Made by a program: the position numbers and the translations under genes. Below are positions 1 to 13,452 of a stretch of 64,000 nt of DNA, in pieces (within the stretch, counting starts at the first letter, position 1; every line of letters starts with the position of its first letter). Source of the stretch: Octopus sinensis (taxonomy: Eukaryota); the NCBI RefSeq assembly GCF_006345805.1, contig NC_043003.1:99448001-99512000 (forward strand), written 5' to 3'. The notes under the pieces were generated by a model, which saw only the letters and a list, made by a program, of their open reading frames with translations, ran no database searches and had not been told where the DNA came from.

Positions 1-400
1 GTCTGTGGCTAATGTAGTTTGGGTTTAATTGATATTTAATATCGTGATATGGTTGGAGGGAGAGGTTATGTTGTCTAGTCATGTTTTGTTTCGTTGACTG
101 CTTGAAGTGGCTGTGTTGGGGGTAAAGTCTTGGAGGTAAGTTCTTCCTGGTAGGAATTGTTTCATCAAAACTTAGGTTAGTCTGGAAGTTTTGATGAAAT
201 CTTTGGTTTGTATGTGGGATACCTTGAAGATTAAGTCTAGATTTCCTCCTGTGGGTTGAATTATCGATAGTTGTTTGATAGTTATTTGGGGGAGTAAGAG
301 AGTTAAAGAAGGTCGAGTTGCGACCCTAGACCGTCTGTGGTTTGTGTTTAATACACATGGGGTCATTTCTGTGTCTGTTTTTGGTTTATTTTTCTTCAGG
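1..400 (-). mobile_element. Probable 5'-truncated retroelement fragment, family unassigned; runs out of the window
   Basis: A/C-rich minus strand like the PLE ORFs elsewhere in the window; abuts (CA)n(TA)n and a SINE 3' half. No diagnostic motif recognised. Confidence 0.3.
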
Positions 401-430
401 AAGGGGTTAACACACACACACACACACACA

Positions 431-493
<63 letters not shown>

Positions 494-502
494 ATATATT
501 CT

Positions 503-709
503 GTGTGTGTGTCTGTGTTTGTCCCCCCCCCCACCATCGCTTGACAACTGATGTTGGAGTGTTTACGTCCTCGTAACTTAGTGGTTTAGCAAAAGAGTTC
601 TATAGAATAAGTACTGGGCTTACAAAGAATAAGTCCTGGGATCGATTTTTTCGACTAAAGGCGGTGATCCAGCATGGGCGCAGTCAAATGACTGAAACAA
701 GTAAAAGAA
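503..709 (+). mobile_element. SINE family A (tRNA head, central microsatellite), 3' half
   Basis: Same sequence as the 3' halves of full copies at 3408, 5381, 46030 and 53204 (GTCCCCC..CGCTTGACAAC..GACTGAAACAAGTAAAAGA). Confidence 0.9.
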
Positions 710-842
710 TATATATATATATATATTTTTTCAATAATAATAATAACGGTAAAATTAATTAATTAATTAGTAATTAATAATTTTACCAAGCAGTGTTCAG
801 TATGTAAAAGGACCATTTACGGCAAATTTAAACAATATTTTA

Positions 843-1003
843 TATAATTAGGGTTCAGCAAAAAAATTTTGCTTTACCACTCACTGAACTTCTACTTTAA
901 GAGGAGTCTCCTAAAGTAGAAGAAATAGCTAATTTTTTTGGCTGCTATTTCTAAAAGTTCAGTGTGTGGTAAAGCAAAATTTTTGTGCTGAACCCTAATT
1001 ATA
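843..1003. repeat. Fold-back / MITE-like element with ~49-bp inverted arms and two internal hairpins
   Basis: 843-891 pairs with 955-1003; TCTACTTT 891-898 with AAAGTAGA 913-920; AGAAATAGC 921-929 with GCTATTTCT 944-952. Confidence 0.85.
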
Positions 1004-1059
1004 TTACATATATATATATATATGCATATTTAGATTGAGGAGATAATTATAATCTTGGC

Positions 1060-2125
1060 TATGACCTCACCACATCAAGCACGATCGTGATTAGTGTAGT
1101 AATCCAAAATAAAAACGTGATTGTTTTGCTGTAACAGTTGTATCCACAGCCAGTTCTGTTTAGCGTGTCAGATAAAGCTGCCAGTGCCAAGCAGAAAAGA
1201 AGTGGAGTGAGCGTGTCTCCCTGGAATATTCCTCTTCTAATGGGGATGGCTTTGATTTTTATGAGTCCCTCTTTTGTCTGGAGCTGTAGCACTTTTGGCC
1301 ATTTATTCATGGAACGTTTTATGCCTTATGATTATTGGTGATACCTTGTTCATGGCTAGTGTATCAAGGATCCATGTGTGGGAAATACTATAAAAAACCT
1401 TTCGATAGTAGATCCAAGCCATGTTTAGACCCTTCTTTTTCCTTCGGCTTTCTTCTGTTATAGCTTTATTGATCAATAACTGATCTTTGCAGCCGTATGA
1501 TTCCTTGCAGCATCCCTTCTGCTCTTCTGGAAACAAGTGGTTTTCTTCCAGATGTTTTGCCAATTCTCTGCGATGTTATTGTAGTAAAGGCTTTGTAAAT
1601 TGTAGGGAGATAAGTTATCAGTCTGTGGTTTTGTGGGTTTGTCGTTGCAGTGGATTTGGGGATTAAGATGATTTTCCTTTCCTTGGGCCATTCAGGCGTT
1701 GTCTCTGGCTCTAATAGTATCTCAGTCAACGTTTTATTATTCCTATTAGACATTTTAACCAGAAATTGAGGATCTTGTCGTGCCTGAGTGCCTTCCATTT
1801 GCTTAGTTTTTGTGGTGCCTGGGTCATCTCTTCCGTTGTTATAGGAATCCAGAGTTGTTCAGGTACTGTATTTGTTATTTTGATAGATCTTTTCTGAGGT
1901 TGTTCCTTCACCGCCCATATTTCTTTCCAAAATTCTTCCACTTCTGCTGTTGATGCTGCATTGATCTCTATTTTATTTTTGCCAAGTTCTTGGTAGAATC
2001 TTTTGGGGTTGGAGTTGAACTGTTTGTTTTATTCGAAGAAACGTTGGCGTTTCCCATACAGACGGATTCTTTGTGCTTTGGCGAGGTTATCTTGATTTAG
2101 CTGTTCTTTTACCTCAGGTACCTTG
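1060..2125 (-). mobile_element. R4/Dong-like non-LTR retrotransposon, degenerate RT region
   Basis: Frameshifted ORFs give EEFWKEIW, NFWLK, FPEEQKGC..GCKDQLLINKAI, AWI-Y-K, RGIFQGDTLTPLLFCLAL; starts next to (TAC)n(TAT)n at 2140-2230. Confidence 0.85.
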
Positions 2126-2166
2126 TTCTGTAATTTTGATACTACTACTACTACTACTACTACTAC

Positions 2167-2235
<69 letters not shown>

Positions 2236-2478
2236 CTCAACCCCAGGTGTCGCAATCACACTTAATATCAAAATAAGGAAACTGCAGTTAATTCAACGCA
2301 ACTATCTTCTACACCTATGCACACAGATACCATCTCTAGTGATTTTACCTGCTCTTAGATCCGAAACTTTGATATAAAAATTAATGAAATTCATGACTGT
2401 AAAATTAATGTTAATAATAACCTTATTTGTACCACCAGTAGTAATAAAAGGGATACTTGAGTAAGTGTAACAATAGCG

Positions 2479-2553
<75 letters not shown>

Positions 2554-3407
2554 GGGAGCATTAGTAGGGATGATAATGAAAATGTTTAAGATAATGACAA
2601 TAGGAATAATTACTGTATTAATAATCTCGGTAGAGCAAATAACAACGATTACAATTCTGGTACCAATAATTATAAGGTCAAAAACAAGAAAAGCCATAAT
2701 AATATGCGGAATACTAAATTTAGCAATACATATACCACACCAAGTGATAAGCACAACAGCAGTTATATGCATAATTCTGAAAGGAACACTACGTGTACCA
2801 AGGTGAGTCCGTCAAACATAACCACTGAAATGACTCACACTAATAGAAGAAAAAAAGGAATGTTACCTGATATAGCCCTTCACATAATCTCCTGATAAAA
2901 GACTAACGTCTGAAACGCTAAATCACCTTTTCTTTCCAATAATGCGTTAAACTAATACCATATTTATTAAAACTTGTTTCTCCTCTGTTGTATTGTTCTT
3001 CATTGTATTTATATATGTATGTATGTGTGTGTACGTATGTATGTGTGTGTGTGTGGTGTGTGTGTGTGTGGTGTGTGTGTGTGTGTGTGTCTGCGGATAC
3101 ACGCACGCGCAAGTGTGTGCGCGAGCGAATCAATGTTGTTCATTATTCATTTTTTAAATTATATATTTCTGATATATATATTTCTTTCCTGTGATATCTT
3201 ATTGATTTTTGTGGGTTTGTGTATACATATATATGTGCGTGTTTATACTTAACTGAGTGTACGTGTATGCTTGTATGTATATATGAATGCATGTATGATT
3301 TAGTTTGTACTTTGATGTATGCTTGTTTTTAAGCGTGTTCATATGCATGCATATATATATATATATACACATATATATGTGTACGATTATTATTATTATT
3401 GTATTCT

Positions 3408-3815
3408 TTCTTTCTTTTACTTGTATCAGTCATTTGACTGTGGCCATGCTGGAGCACCGCCTTTAGTCGAGCAAATCGACCCCAGGACTTATTCTTTGTA
3501 AGCCTAGTACTTATTCTATCGTTCTCTTTTGTCGGAGCGCTAAGTTACGGGGACGTAAACACACCAGCATCGGTTGTCAAGCGATGTTGGGGGGACAAAC
3601 ACAGACACACAAACATGCACCCCCATGCCCCCCACAAATATATACATATATACAGCGGGCTTCTTTCAGTTTCCGTCCACCAAATCCACTCACAAGGCTT
3701 TGGTCGGCCCCAGGCTATAGTAGAAGACACTTGCCCAAGGTGCCACGTAGTGGGACTGAACCCGGAACCATGTGGTTGGTAAGCAAGCTACTTACCACAC
3801 AGCCACTCCTATGCC
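3408..3815 (-). mobile_element. SINE family A, full length
   Basis: tRNA-like head with A/B-box-like GTGGTAAGTAG and GGTTCAGTCCC, GGCACCTTGGGCAAGTGTCTT core, central microsatellite, GTAAAAGA tail. Confidence 0.92.
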
Positions 3816-3817
3816 TG

Positions 3818-3873
<56 letters not shown>

Positions 3874-4288
3874 GTCATCATCATCATCATCATCATCATC
3901 TTCATCACCATTATTTCTATAATAATAATAAAAATAATGAATTATGTCTTTCCATTTCTTTAATAATAATGATTTCTTTTAGATATTTTTTCACACGGAA
4001 TCTAACATGTACCCTGACACACCTACATACACAACATACTAACCCACATGCATATACAACACCCCCCCATGCACACAGAGACACGGATATATTTAAATAC
4101 GTAACAATAATAGCAGAGCAAATATGCGTGAACCACTACAATAGCAAAAATAGAAAAAACACAGACAGCAAAACCAAAATTAATAAAATAATATTGATAC
4201 TATTGTTTATTGTTATTGTTGTCGTTGTTAATAACAATTATAACAACAACAACAACAACTAATAATAATAATGATACTGAAAATAACA

Positions 4289-4334
<46 letters not shown>

Positions 4335-4358
4335 CAACAACAACAACAATAATAATAA

Positions 4359-4772
4359 TGCTCAATACCACAGATTTGCTTGTCAGTTGCTTGACCTTCA
4401 CCAGTTGAGCATGTCCCTTAGTGGCTGACGATATGTGCGTCTCTGATCATGAGCAGAAGGAGTGAGGGAAAGCATCATAGCCATGTGTTGAGAGGAATAC
4501 TTTGTAGTTTGAATAATTAACTTCTGGAAACATGGGTATTTTGCTCATCACCCTTAAACAAACCTTATTTAGGGACCTTTTGAGCGAGATGGACTACTCA
4601 ACCTGAAAAAGTTCTAGCTGGGCCCCAGCTACAAGGTCATGCGCTGTATTTCTTGATATAAGGTCACTATATCGCGCACATATGGTTATCAGACGGTAGT
4701 CATGATGGGTATACTGGGCTTCATGTATTTTACCCCAGTGTCACTTTGATGGCATGCACTACTCTCTCACTC
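4359..4772 (+). mobile_element. (AAT)n-flanked ~555-bp non-coding retro-type repeat, 5'-truncated copy
   Basis: Reverse complement of the three units at 36519-38784; embedded in (AAT/AAC)n. Confidence 0.85.
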
Positions 4773-5084
4773 AATAATAATAATAATAATAATATTTATC
4801 AAAAGGACGATATCAAAAGACGAATATCATTACCATCATCATCATTATCATTATCGTCATTATTATTAACACTATTTTTCATAATGATGATGATGATGAT
4901 GGTAATGATCAATGCAATAATTGCTGTAGCCAAAGATCATTATCGTCGATCAATTGATTGGAAATAAATTAAATTTAAGATAAAATGGGGAATGAATTTT
5001 ATAGAATGGGAAGATTAATCTTAATTATAGTTTTTTCCAATAGAGGCAAAGAAATGTTGAAGATGAAGACGACGATGACGACAA

Positions 5085-5256
5085 TTTTGGAGGAGGGGAT
5101 AAGTCGATTACATCGACTCCATTGCTCCAATGATACTTGTTTTATCGACACAAAAGGATGAAGTGCAAATTCGCTCGGCGGAACCGGAACTCCAAACGTA
5201 AAGGCAGACGAAATGCCGCTAAGCCCAGCGTGCTAACGATTCTGCCAGCTCACCGC
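5085..5256 (-). mobile_element. SINE family B (tRNA head, Meta-domain-like core)
   Basis: GAGCTGGCAGAATCGTTAGCAC head and CATCCTTT..GTCGATAAA..AGTA..GTCGATGTAATCGACT core shared with the copies at 18.4-19.3, 30.9, 31.4, 45.7 and 47.3 kb. Confidence 0.85.
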
Positions 5257-5380
5257 TTTGCTCATGATGATGATCAAGTGAGGTGGGCATTACATGGTCA
5301 ATTTACATTTTATGTGGGAGTTTACATAAAAGGTAACAGGAAAGAAAGGGAAAGGACAAGTGAAATAAAAGTATACATTT

Positions 5381-5540
5381 TGGCTGTGTGGTAAGATGCT
5401 TGCTTCCTAACCACATGGTTCCGGGTTCAGTCCCACTGAGTGGCACCTTGGGCAAGTGTCTTCTGCTATAGCCTTAGGCCGACCAAAGCCTTGTGAGAGG
5501 ATTTGGTAGACAGAAACTGAAAGCAGCCTGTCGTATACAC

Positions 5541-5573
<33 letters not shown>

Positions 5574-5800
5574 CATGTATGCATGTGTGTGTGTGTGTGT
5601 CTGTGTTTGTCCCCCCAACATCGCTTGACAACAGATGCAGGTATGTTTACGACCCTGTAACTTAGCGGTTCGGCAAAAGACATCGATAGAATAAGTACTA
5701 GGCTTACAAAGAATAAATCCTGGGGTCAATTTGCCCGACTAAAGGCGATGCTCCAGCATGGCCCCAGTCAAATGACTGAAACAAGTAAAAGAATAAAAGA
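5381..5800 (+). mobile_element. SINE family A, full length
   Basis: Colinear with the other family A copies; central (GTAT)n(GT)n. Confidence 0.92.
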
Positions 5801-5879
5801 ATAGTAGACACAATATGTGAACACATGATGCAGTCCTCCTGACTCAGAAGAATCTCCAAATAAGGTCAGCCAAAGAAAC

Positions 5880-6290
5880 CCACAGAGCCAGGATTATCAC
5901 GACCACAAAGTGCACAAGCTCTAGTCCAATCTATAGGAACATGCTTAAAGTAGGTCCATTCACCCTTACCATTTGTGCAACAGTCAGCAACCTTTTCACT
6001 GGGAGACTGCACTTCCCTCTCCACCATCACTTAGAAAAGTCGATGAAAGTGTCACTGAAGAGGAAGATATCTAACTTTAATTCCTTCAGCCTCGCCCACC
6101 ATACAACCTCTTCCGCCATAGCCACTAGGCAAAGGAACACCGCAAACCCTGCCTTGATAAAGGCGTGTTGCCATAAGTCGTGAGCTTGCAGTTTGAAGTC
6201 TACTTGAAGGGACCCAGATAGCATCACTTCTGCCCTTGAAGTTAATTCCAAGTTTAACAATGCTGTCATGTAATACGCAAGATGTAACAA
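5880..6290 (-). mobile_element. Tx1/L1-like LINE, ORF2 C-terminal fragment
   Basis: GFAVFLCLVAMAEEVVWWARLK and KRLLTVAQMVRVNGPTLSM align by eye with GRAIFIILEAMAKECIWRTRLK and KR*VNVARMARMNAEATLSI of the 26.3-27.5 kb element. Confidence 0.7.
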
Positions 6291-7018
6291 AGTAGGAGGA
6301 AGCCGTCTGGCTTTTTACAAGTCCCCCAGATAACTTTGACTCCAGATTATCTGTCTATATTTAAAATCTCTGTCATGACAGAGGCAAAATCAGTTCCTGT
6401 AACATTGCTTTCTATACTCAATATGTTTTCTACCCTCGTTCCTAACAATATTTGTTTGTGTGGGATTATTGTTGTATCGGCGGGGGAGGGGAGTGTCCAT
6501 ATGTACCTGAAAGTATTCCAAAGTAAAATCTTTATTTTCTAGTCCGTGAATAGAAAAAAAATAATAATAAAATTCACAGTCAGACCTCGCAAAAATACGT
6601 CTGCTCACTACGACAGACGGCAATAAATACATCAAGAACAACAACTAATACGACGACGACGACGACAATGATGATGACAACAACAACAGTTATATTTTTG
6701 CTTCATAAGTAGGTTCAAAACAAAAATGAAATAGATAACAGTTTCCGACCGAACTACAACAACAACAACACATTCATAAGGTAGCATTCCCTGGGAGCAG
6801 TCAATCTTTATGTAAGAACTTTCTCTTTCTGCTCTCTCAGTTACACATCTATGAAGAAAAAAGGAAAAAGGAATGTTTTTTAAACAGTAATTATTTCCCC
6901 TCCATAAAAATGTCTCACGTCGTAAAATGTTTAATTTAGGTTAATTCATTTGCCTCAGGTAATGTCATGCTGGTGATTTATAATAAGAAAGAAACGGTAT
7001 TATACATGATTACCTGTG

Positions 7019-7360
7019 GAGGCGCATGGCTCAGTGGTTAGAGCGTCGAGCTTACGATCGTGAGGTTGTGAGCTCGAATCCCGGACCGGGCTGCGTGTTG
7101 TGTTCTTGAGCAAGACGCTTTATTTCACGTTGCTCCAGTTCACTCAGCTGTAAAAATGAGTTGCGACGTCACAGGTGCCAAGCTGTATCGGCCTTTGTCT
7201 TTCCCTTGGATAACACTGGTGGCGTGGAGAGGGGAGGCCGGTATGCATGGGCGACTACTGGTCTTCCATAAAAACAACCTTGCCCAGACTTGTGCCTCAG
7301 AGGGTAACTCTCTAGGTGCAAACCCATGGTCACTCATGACCGAAGGGGGTCTTTACCTGT
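7019..7360 (+). mobile_element. tRNA-derived SINE family C
   Basis: tRNA-like GGCTCAGTGGTTAGAGC..CTCGAATCCC head, TTCTTGAGCAAGAC and CCAGTTCACTCAGCTGTAAAAATGAG core, CTTTAC tail; TTACCTGTGG at both junctions looks like a target-site duplication (TSD). Confidence 0.85.
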
Positions 7361-7741
7361 GGCATTGTAATGAGCAAAACAAAAATTAGATATGAATATT
7401 CTATGCAAATTTTTCCTTGGTTTTCTATTTAAAATTCAAACTTCTAATCTCATTAAGATTTATCTTGAAATAATTGACTCTTTTGTAATAACTGGCAACC
7501 AGGGCACAATACATTATTGACAGGTGCGATACCTAATTGTATACATACATACATTCATACATACATACATCCATATATGCATACATACATGTATATATAC
7601 ATGCATACATACGTGCATGCATACATACACACACATATTCGTATGTACGTGTATACATACATAGATAAATACGTACACACATACATGCATACATACATAA
7701 ATACATACATACATACATACATACATACATACATACATACA

Positions 7742-7773
<32 letters not shown>

Positions 7774-8076
7774 CATATATGTAATTCCGTCTACCGCATA
7801 TATGTATTTACCATAAAAATCTATGGACGATTCAGTGGAATGCTAATGCGTATACAAAAATTTATATAAACTGCTAGACGCAATGGGGTTTCTTGAGTCT
7901 GTTACCTCTCCTGTCAGCATGTGTGTATACATTTGCGCGCTTCCTACAGCATTAAGAGAATTTTAACTTTTATTTCTAGCAATGTAGGTGTCTTGTCACC
8001 CTTAGTCACACTTAGGGATGATTTAATTTTTCCTTTTTGGTATCACGTTGCGCCTAGCTGTTTATATTATATTATA

Positions 8077-8170
<94 letters not shown>

Positions 8171-8399
8171 TGTATGTATGTATGTATGTATGTATGTATG
8201 TATGTATGTGTGTGCGTGTATGTATATGTGTGTGTGTGTGTGTATCAGTAAATGAGTGAGCGAGCGAGTGAGTGAGTGTTTATGTGCGTATGTGCCTAGA
8301 AAGGCAGACTATATACTAATCTAGTGTAGATGTAGTTAAGGAAGCCGAAAGAAGTGTGGATGTTGTGAGAAAGAATTACTGACTGAGAAACCAATATTT

Positions 8400-8960
8400 C
8401 ATGATTCCAGGAACCGATCTATCAATCTCACAATGGTTTCAGATCGATTATACAAAGGCATATGACATGATTCCTCAATCCCGGATAATAGAATGTTTTG
8501 AGATGGTAACAGAGATAGTGGAGACTATCAGAATGCTGATAGTTAAGATTAGCAGTGAATGGGTGAAAAAAAAAAAATACAATATTAATTCTGTCGGAGA
8601 GTTAGGAAATATTAAGATCAATAGAAACAATTTGACGGTGTCTGTTTTCTCTATGTAGTATAAGCGATAACTTCACCACTGCTACAAAAATGATGATGGA
8701 TAGATTTATAATGAAAGGCAGACATCATAAATCGCCTTCCATTGACAGACTGACTCGAAAGCATTCCTTAACAGAAAGAATCTACAGGATCTTGAGTAGA
8801 AATTGTTTATTTTTTCAATGGAGACATCGGAATAGAATTTGGGCTTAAAATATGGAGGTTTAATTATATAAAGAGGAAATATAAGGGAAATTAATGAGAC
8901 GCAATCAGAAAATTATTTGATATAGAGATACTAAAGACTATAAATGACCGAGTCATGATG
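8400..8960 (+). mobile_element. Highly decayed R4/RTE-type RT remnant
   Basis: QIDYTKAYDMIPQSRIIECFEM resembles RT motif 3. Confidence 0.55.
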
Positions 8961-10451
8961 ATGATTATGATAATGAGGATAAGGATGATGAGGATGACGA
9001 TAATGACCATCATCATCGTTGTGGTCGTCGTTGTCATTTTTATCATTAGTGTTATCAACTCTGCAGCAGCAGAGGCAATTAGGCGACTCCACTCTTAAGT
9101 TTCATAAACTGTGGTTCTGCCCAACGATGTGATATATTAAGGAAGTTATTAAAATGTTAAAGTTATTAAAAATTGAAACCCATTAGTGACTTTTGGGACA
9201 CCCTGTACATATTATTGATTTTATCAAAATTGAAACTGAAAGTTTCTCCCGCGACACGTGTTTCACGTTATTGTTTTCGCCTGGAGAATACATTGGCGTG
9301 AGACCTGCTTCAATTTCAATAAAATACCCATACGCTACCCTCTCATTCATCCGGTATAAACCAATGTACTTACAGAGTGTGCGTGTGTGTGTGTAAATAA
9401 TGCTTTACTTTATTGTATGTTTTATTTTATTTTTCGCTTTATTTTTCTTAATTACTCCCTATCTTTGTCTATAAAGTCACTATGCAGTATTAAACCCCAG
9501 CGAAACTGAGTTTACTTAACAAGATACCCCCTATAACATCACCTGAGATGATGCCTCTGCACCGAGGGATGCACTACAACCAGTTATACAGTATCTCAAT
9601 CGCGGGAGACTGATGCAAGATGCGTCGAAATGATCGTTGTGACCAATAAAGTTTATCATATATGCCAATTTCTGTCTCTATCATTTGTTCTCTGTGTGTG
9701 TGTACGTGTATGTGTGTGTGTGTGTGTTGTGTGTGTGTGTGTGTGTGGTTGATCGTCGATGCCATTGCACGCTTTCAACCGCTGTTTCACCCTGTCTCTG
9801 ATTAACACTCTGCAGTTACTACACATGGGAGACAGACCCGAGGACAAATCAGATGGATGAAAAACTGCATTTTCGGTGTTCAGTGAATGAATTTAAAACT
9901 GGTAATGGGCTGTCCTTTATTCTTCCGACTGTATCGTGCATTTCCCTTTAAACTATTGCACACTATTTATGCAGTAAGTCTTTCAAGATCCTTTGCAGGC
10001 TTTGCACGGGTAGTGAAGATGGGCTTCAATAGGATGAAATGCAAAATCTGCCTCGGTGTGATATGAACTCAGTATGTCAACGATCGTAGCTAAATACAGA
10101 AAGGCTCGACGCTCTAACGATTCTCCTTACCGTCTGTGTGTGTGTGTGTGTGTGTGTGTGCGTATGTGTGCAAATACAGATATACCTACCTACGTACCTA
10201 CCTACTTATTTACATGCATACATACATACATACATACATACATACATACATACATACATACATACATGCATACATACATACATACATACATACATACATA
10301 CATACACGCACAAAACCACACACACACACAACTACACACACACGCACTCACACACACATTTAGCTTAGGCATTCCTTTGCTTCCTTTGTCATCGCATTTT
10401 CTTATGTGTGTGTGTGTATGTGTGTTGTGTGTGTGTATGTGTGTGTGTGTG

Positions 10452-10610
10452 TGTAGCTGTGTGGTAAGTAGTTTGCTTACCAACTACATGGTTCCGGGTT
10501 CAATCCACTGCGTCGCACCTTGAGTGTCTTCTATAGCCTTCAGCCGACCAAAGCCTTGTGAGTGGATTTGGTAGACGGAAACTGAAAGAAGCCCGTCATA
10601 TATATGTATA
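10452..10610 (+). mobile_element. SINE family A, 5' half (partner of 17541-17806)
   Basis: Head and core through GAAAGAAGCCCGTC and (TA)n, then interrupted. Confidence 0.85.
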
Positions 10611-10735
10611 TATATATAATAAATTCAGGGTGAATACTTGATAAATGTAAGCACCTGTATATGCCAGCTAGTAGCATAGGTGAGAGGATATATGTATCAA
10701 ATGAAATAAAATGAAAAACAGGACACAAAGGATGT

Positions 10736-10829
10736 CGCGGTACATATGTTTCGAGCTTTATAGAAGAACTTATTCTTACATCAATGCATAATCGACATAA
10801 CAGATAGTTCAAAACCCTCTTCAGCCGCA
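10736..10829 (-). ncRNA. Type I hammerhead ribozyme
   Basis: Minus strand: stem I UGCGG/CCGCG, core CUGAAGA, stem II GGGUUUU/AAAGCUC, GAAA, palindromic stem III ACAUAUGU, GUA cleavage triplet. Confidence 0.85.
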
Positions 10830-11081
10830 TGGAATTGCTACACCAAAGACTTGTATCACATTATGAAAGGTTTGAGAAAGAACATTTGGTATTATTTATA
10901 ATGGTAGGTAAACCGAGTATCACTGGGAAAGTATGTTTGTAAATCTTCATACTCAAATAGGCGTACATAGTATTATTAGACTCCAAACGTATGTATGTAT
11001 GTATGTATGTGTACGCAGGTGTGTGTATGCGTGAACATGTGTGAACATGTACAGACGCATACATGTATGTGTATATATGTA

Positions 11082-11155
<74 letters not shown>

Positions 11156-11885
11156 GTGTATATATATATATATATATATGATATGTGTGTGTGTGTATAT
11201 GTGCGTGTATGTGTAGGTATATGCATGTGTGTATGTGCATATATGTGTATGTGTGTATATATATGTATATATATATACGAAAGAAGGTTTGAAAATGCAA
11301 TTTAAAAGATGTTTATTTATTTTACCGGTTTCACTCTTTGGAAAAAGATTATCAAAAGTAACATGTGGAAGTTTGGTTGCGTTAATCATTGGTTGTTGCA
11401 AATTGCTACATTACATATATATATACAGTCTTTGGAAACAGGGACATGTTAAGGACATAATAAAGTACAACAGTATGTTGGGAATATAAAGAGGTTTAAC
11501 AAGCTCATTGAAAAAATGGGCAGAAAAGATTAAAACAAATATATTATACATCTCAGGGTAATTTCCAGGACGAATTATTAAAAAAATTCAGTACAGAATA
11601 TTATGAATTCAAAAAGATTTACATTAATGTAGTGGCGAGGTTGTTACTGACCTGTCCGTTTTAGCATAAATGTGGAATTGAAAAGGATGTATCCTTTTTT
11701 TTTCTTTTTTTGGCTTTCCTTCAAGCATCAATGATTTTGGGGTTAGGATGAGGTGAATATGTGTGTCTCTGCGTGTATGTGTGTGTGCATACATATACAT
11801 GTGGTGTGAATAGATGTGTCTGTGTGTCTGTAGTATTTGGTCAGGTGGTGTCTGTTTGTCAAACGTGTGTGTGGTTGTCATGGTG

Positions 11886-11919
<34 letters not shown>

Positions 11920-12184
11920 GTACGCATGTATGTGTGTGGATGGCATTTGACATGGTGCTGCGTGTGTATACATGTGTGCCTGCATGGAGGTGAGATTGGT
12001 GTGAGTGTGTGTATCCCTGTGTGCGTGCACATACACGTATACAAGTGTCTGTGTGTGTGGGGGGGCTGTTTTTGATTGGTTCCAGGGTGGTGTAAATAGA
12101 TGTGTGTTGTTTAAAGAATTTTTTGGGGTAGGATGGTGTGCGCATATGCGTGCCCGCCCGCGCGCGCGCGTCTACGCGTGTGTG

Positions 12185-12978
12185 CGGGCCATACACACAC
12201 ACTGCATACACAATACACACACACACACATCATACACATACAGACCAAACACACACACATCTCACCCCCCCACCCCCATACACACACCACACACACACAC
12301 AACACACATACACACATAATCTACACACACACAACACACACACACACAACACACATACATACAGAATACACAAACACACAACGCACATACATATAATACA
12401 CACACACAACACACAAATATAACATATATTTATATACAATATACACACATATAACACACACACACAACACACACACACATAACATACACACACACAACAC
12501 ACGCACACATACATACATAATATAAATACAACACATATACACCTAACACATATATACATACAATACACATACACAGCATATATATAATACACATACACAA
12601 TATATACATATAACATACATACACAATACATACATACAATATATATATATAGACAATGCATATACATATATACATATATATATATATATGATGTTTACAT
12701 ACACATACATAAATATACCACATATACACACAATATACATACAATGTATACATATACATATACACATACATATAACATATATATACACAACATACACATA
12801 CACAATGCATACACATATATACATATAATGTATATACATGTATCCATGCATATACAACACATATACAATATACATACATGCAATGCATATATACACATAC
12901 ATATACACATAATGTACACATACATATACAACACACATACCTATAATATACATATACACAATGCACATACATATAATG

Positions 12979-13014
<36 letters not shown>

Positions 13015-13330
13015 CATATATACACACACATATATATACAATGCACACACACACACACACAAAATACATACATATAACGTACACACAGATATATATATAT
13101 ATACATACCACGCACACACAAACAATGTATTCACATATACACACACACAATGCATACACACACAAACACAACACACACATATATACATATATATAACACA
13201 TATACACACATAAATACATACACACACAATGCACACACACACACACATGCACACACACACACAACGCACACACACACACACAACCCACACAACACACACA
13301 CACATACATAACATACATATATATAATGCA
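12185..13330. repeat. Long degenerate CA/TA compound microsatellite
   Basis: About 1.1 kb of mixed ACAC/ATAT/ACAT units. Confidence 0.95.
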
Positions 13331-13452
13331 TGCGCGTGTGTGGTCAATGCCCGCTAGTGCGCCCTATGTGTGCATGTGTCCGCCTGCATGATACGCTGCG
13401 AGTGTGCGCGTGTCTTTGTGTGCTTGTTCTGGATGTGTGCCTAGGGGGTATG

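Noticed and set aside
6300-6640. Continuation of the Tx1 ORF upstream of 6290
   Set aside because: No frame gave a recognisable motif; left unannotated.
7019-7095. tRNA genes (also at 39527 and the heads of SINE families A and B)
   Set aside because: The tRNA-like heads run into SINE bodies and lack a complete cloverleaf.
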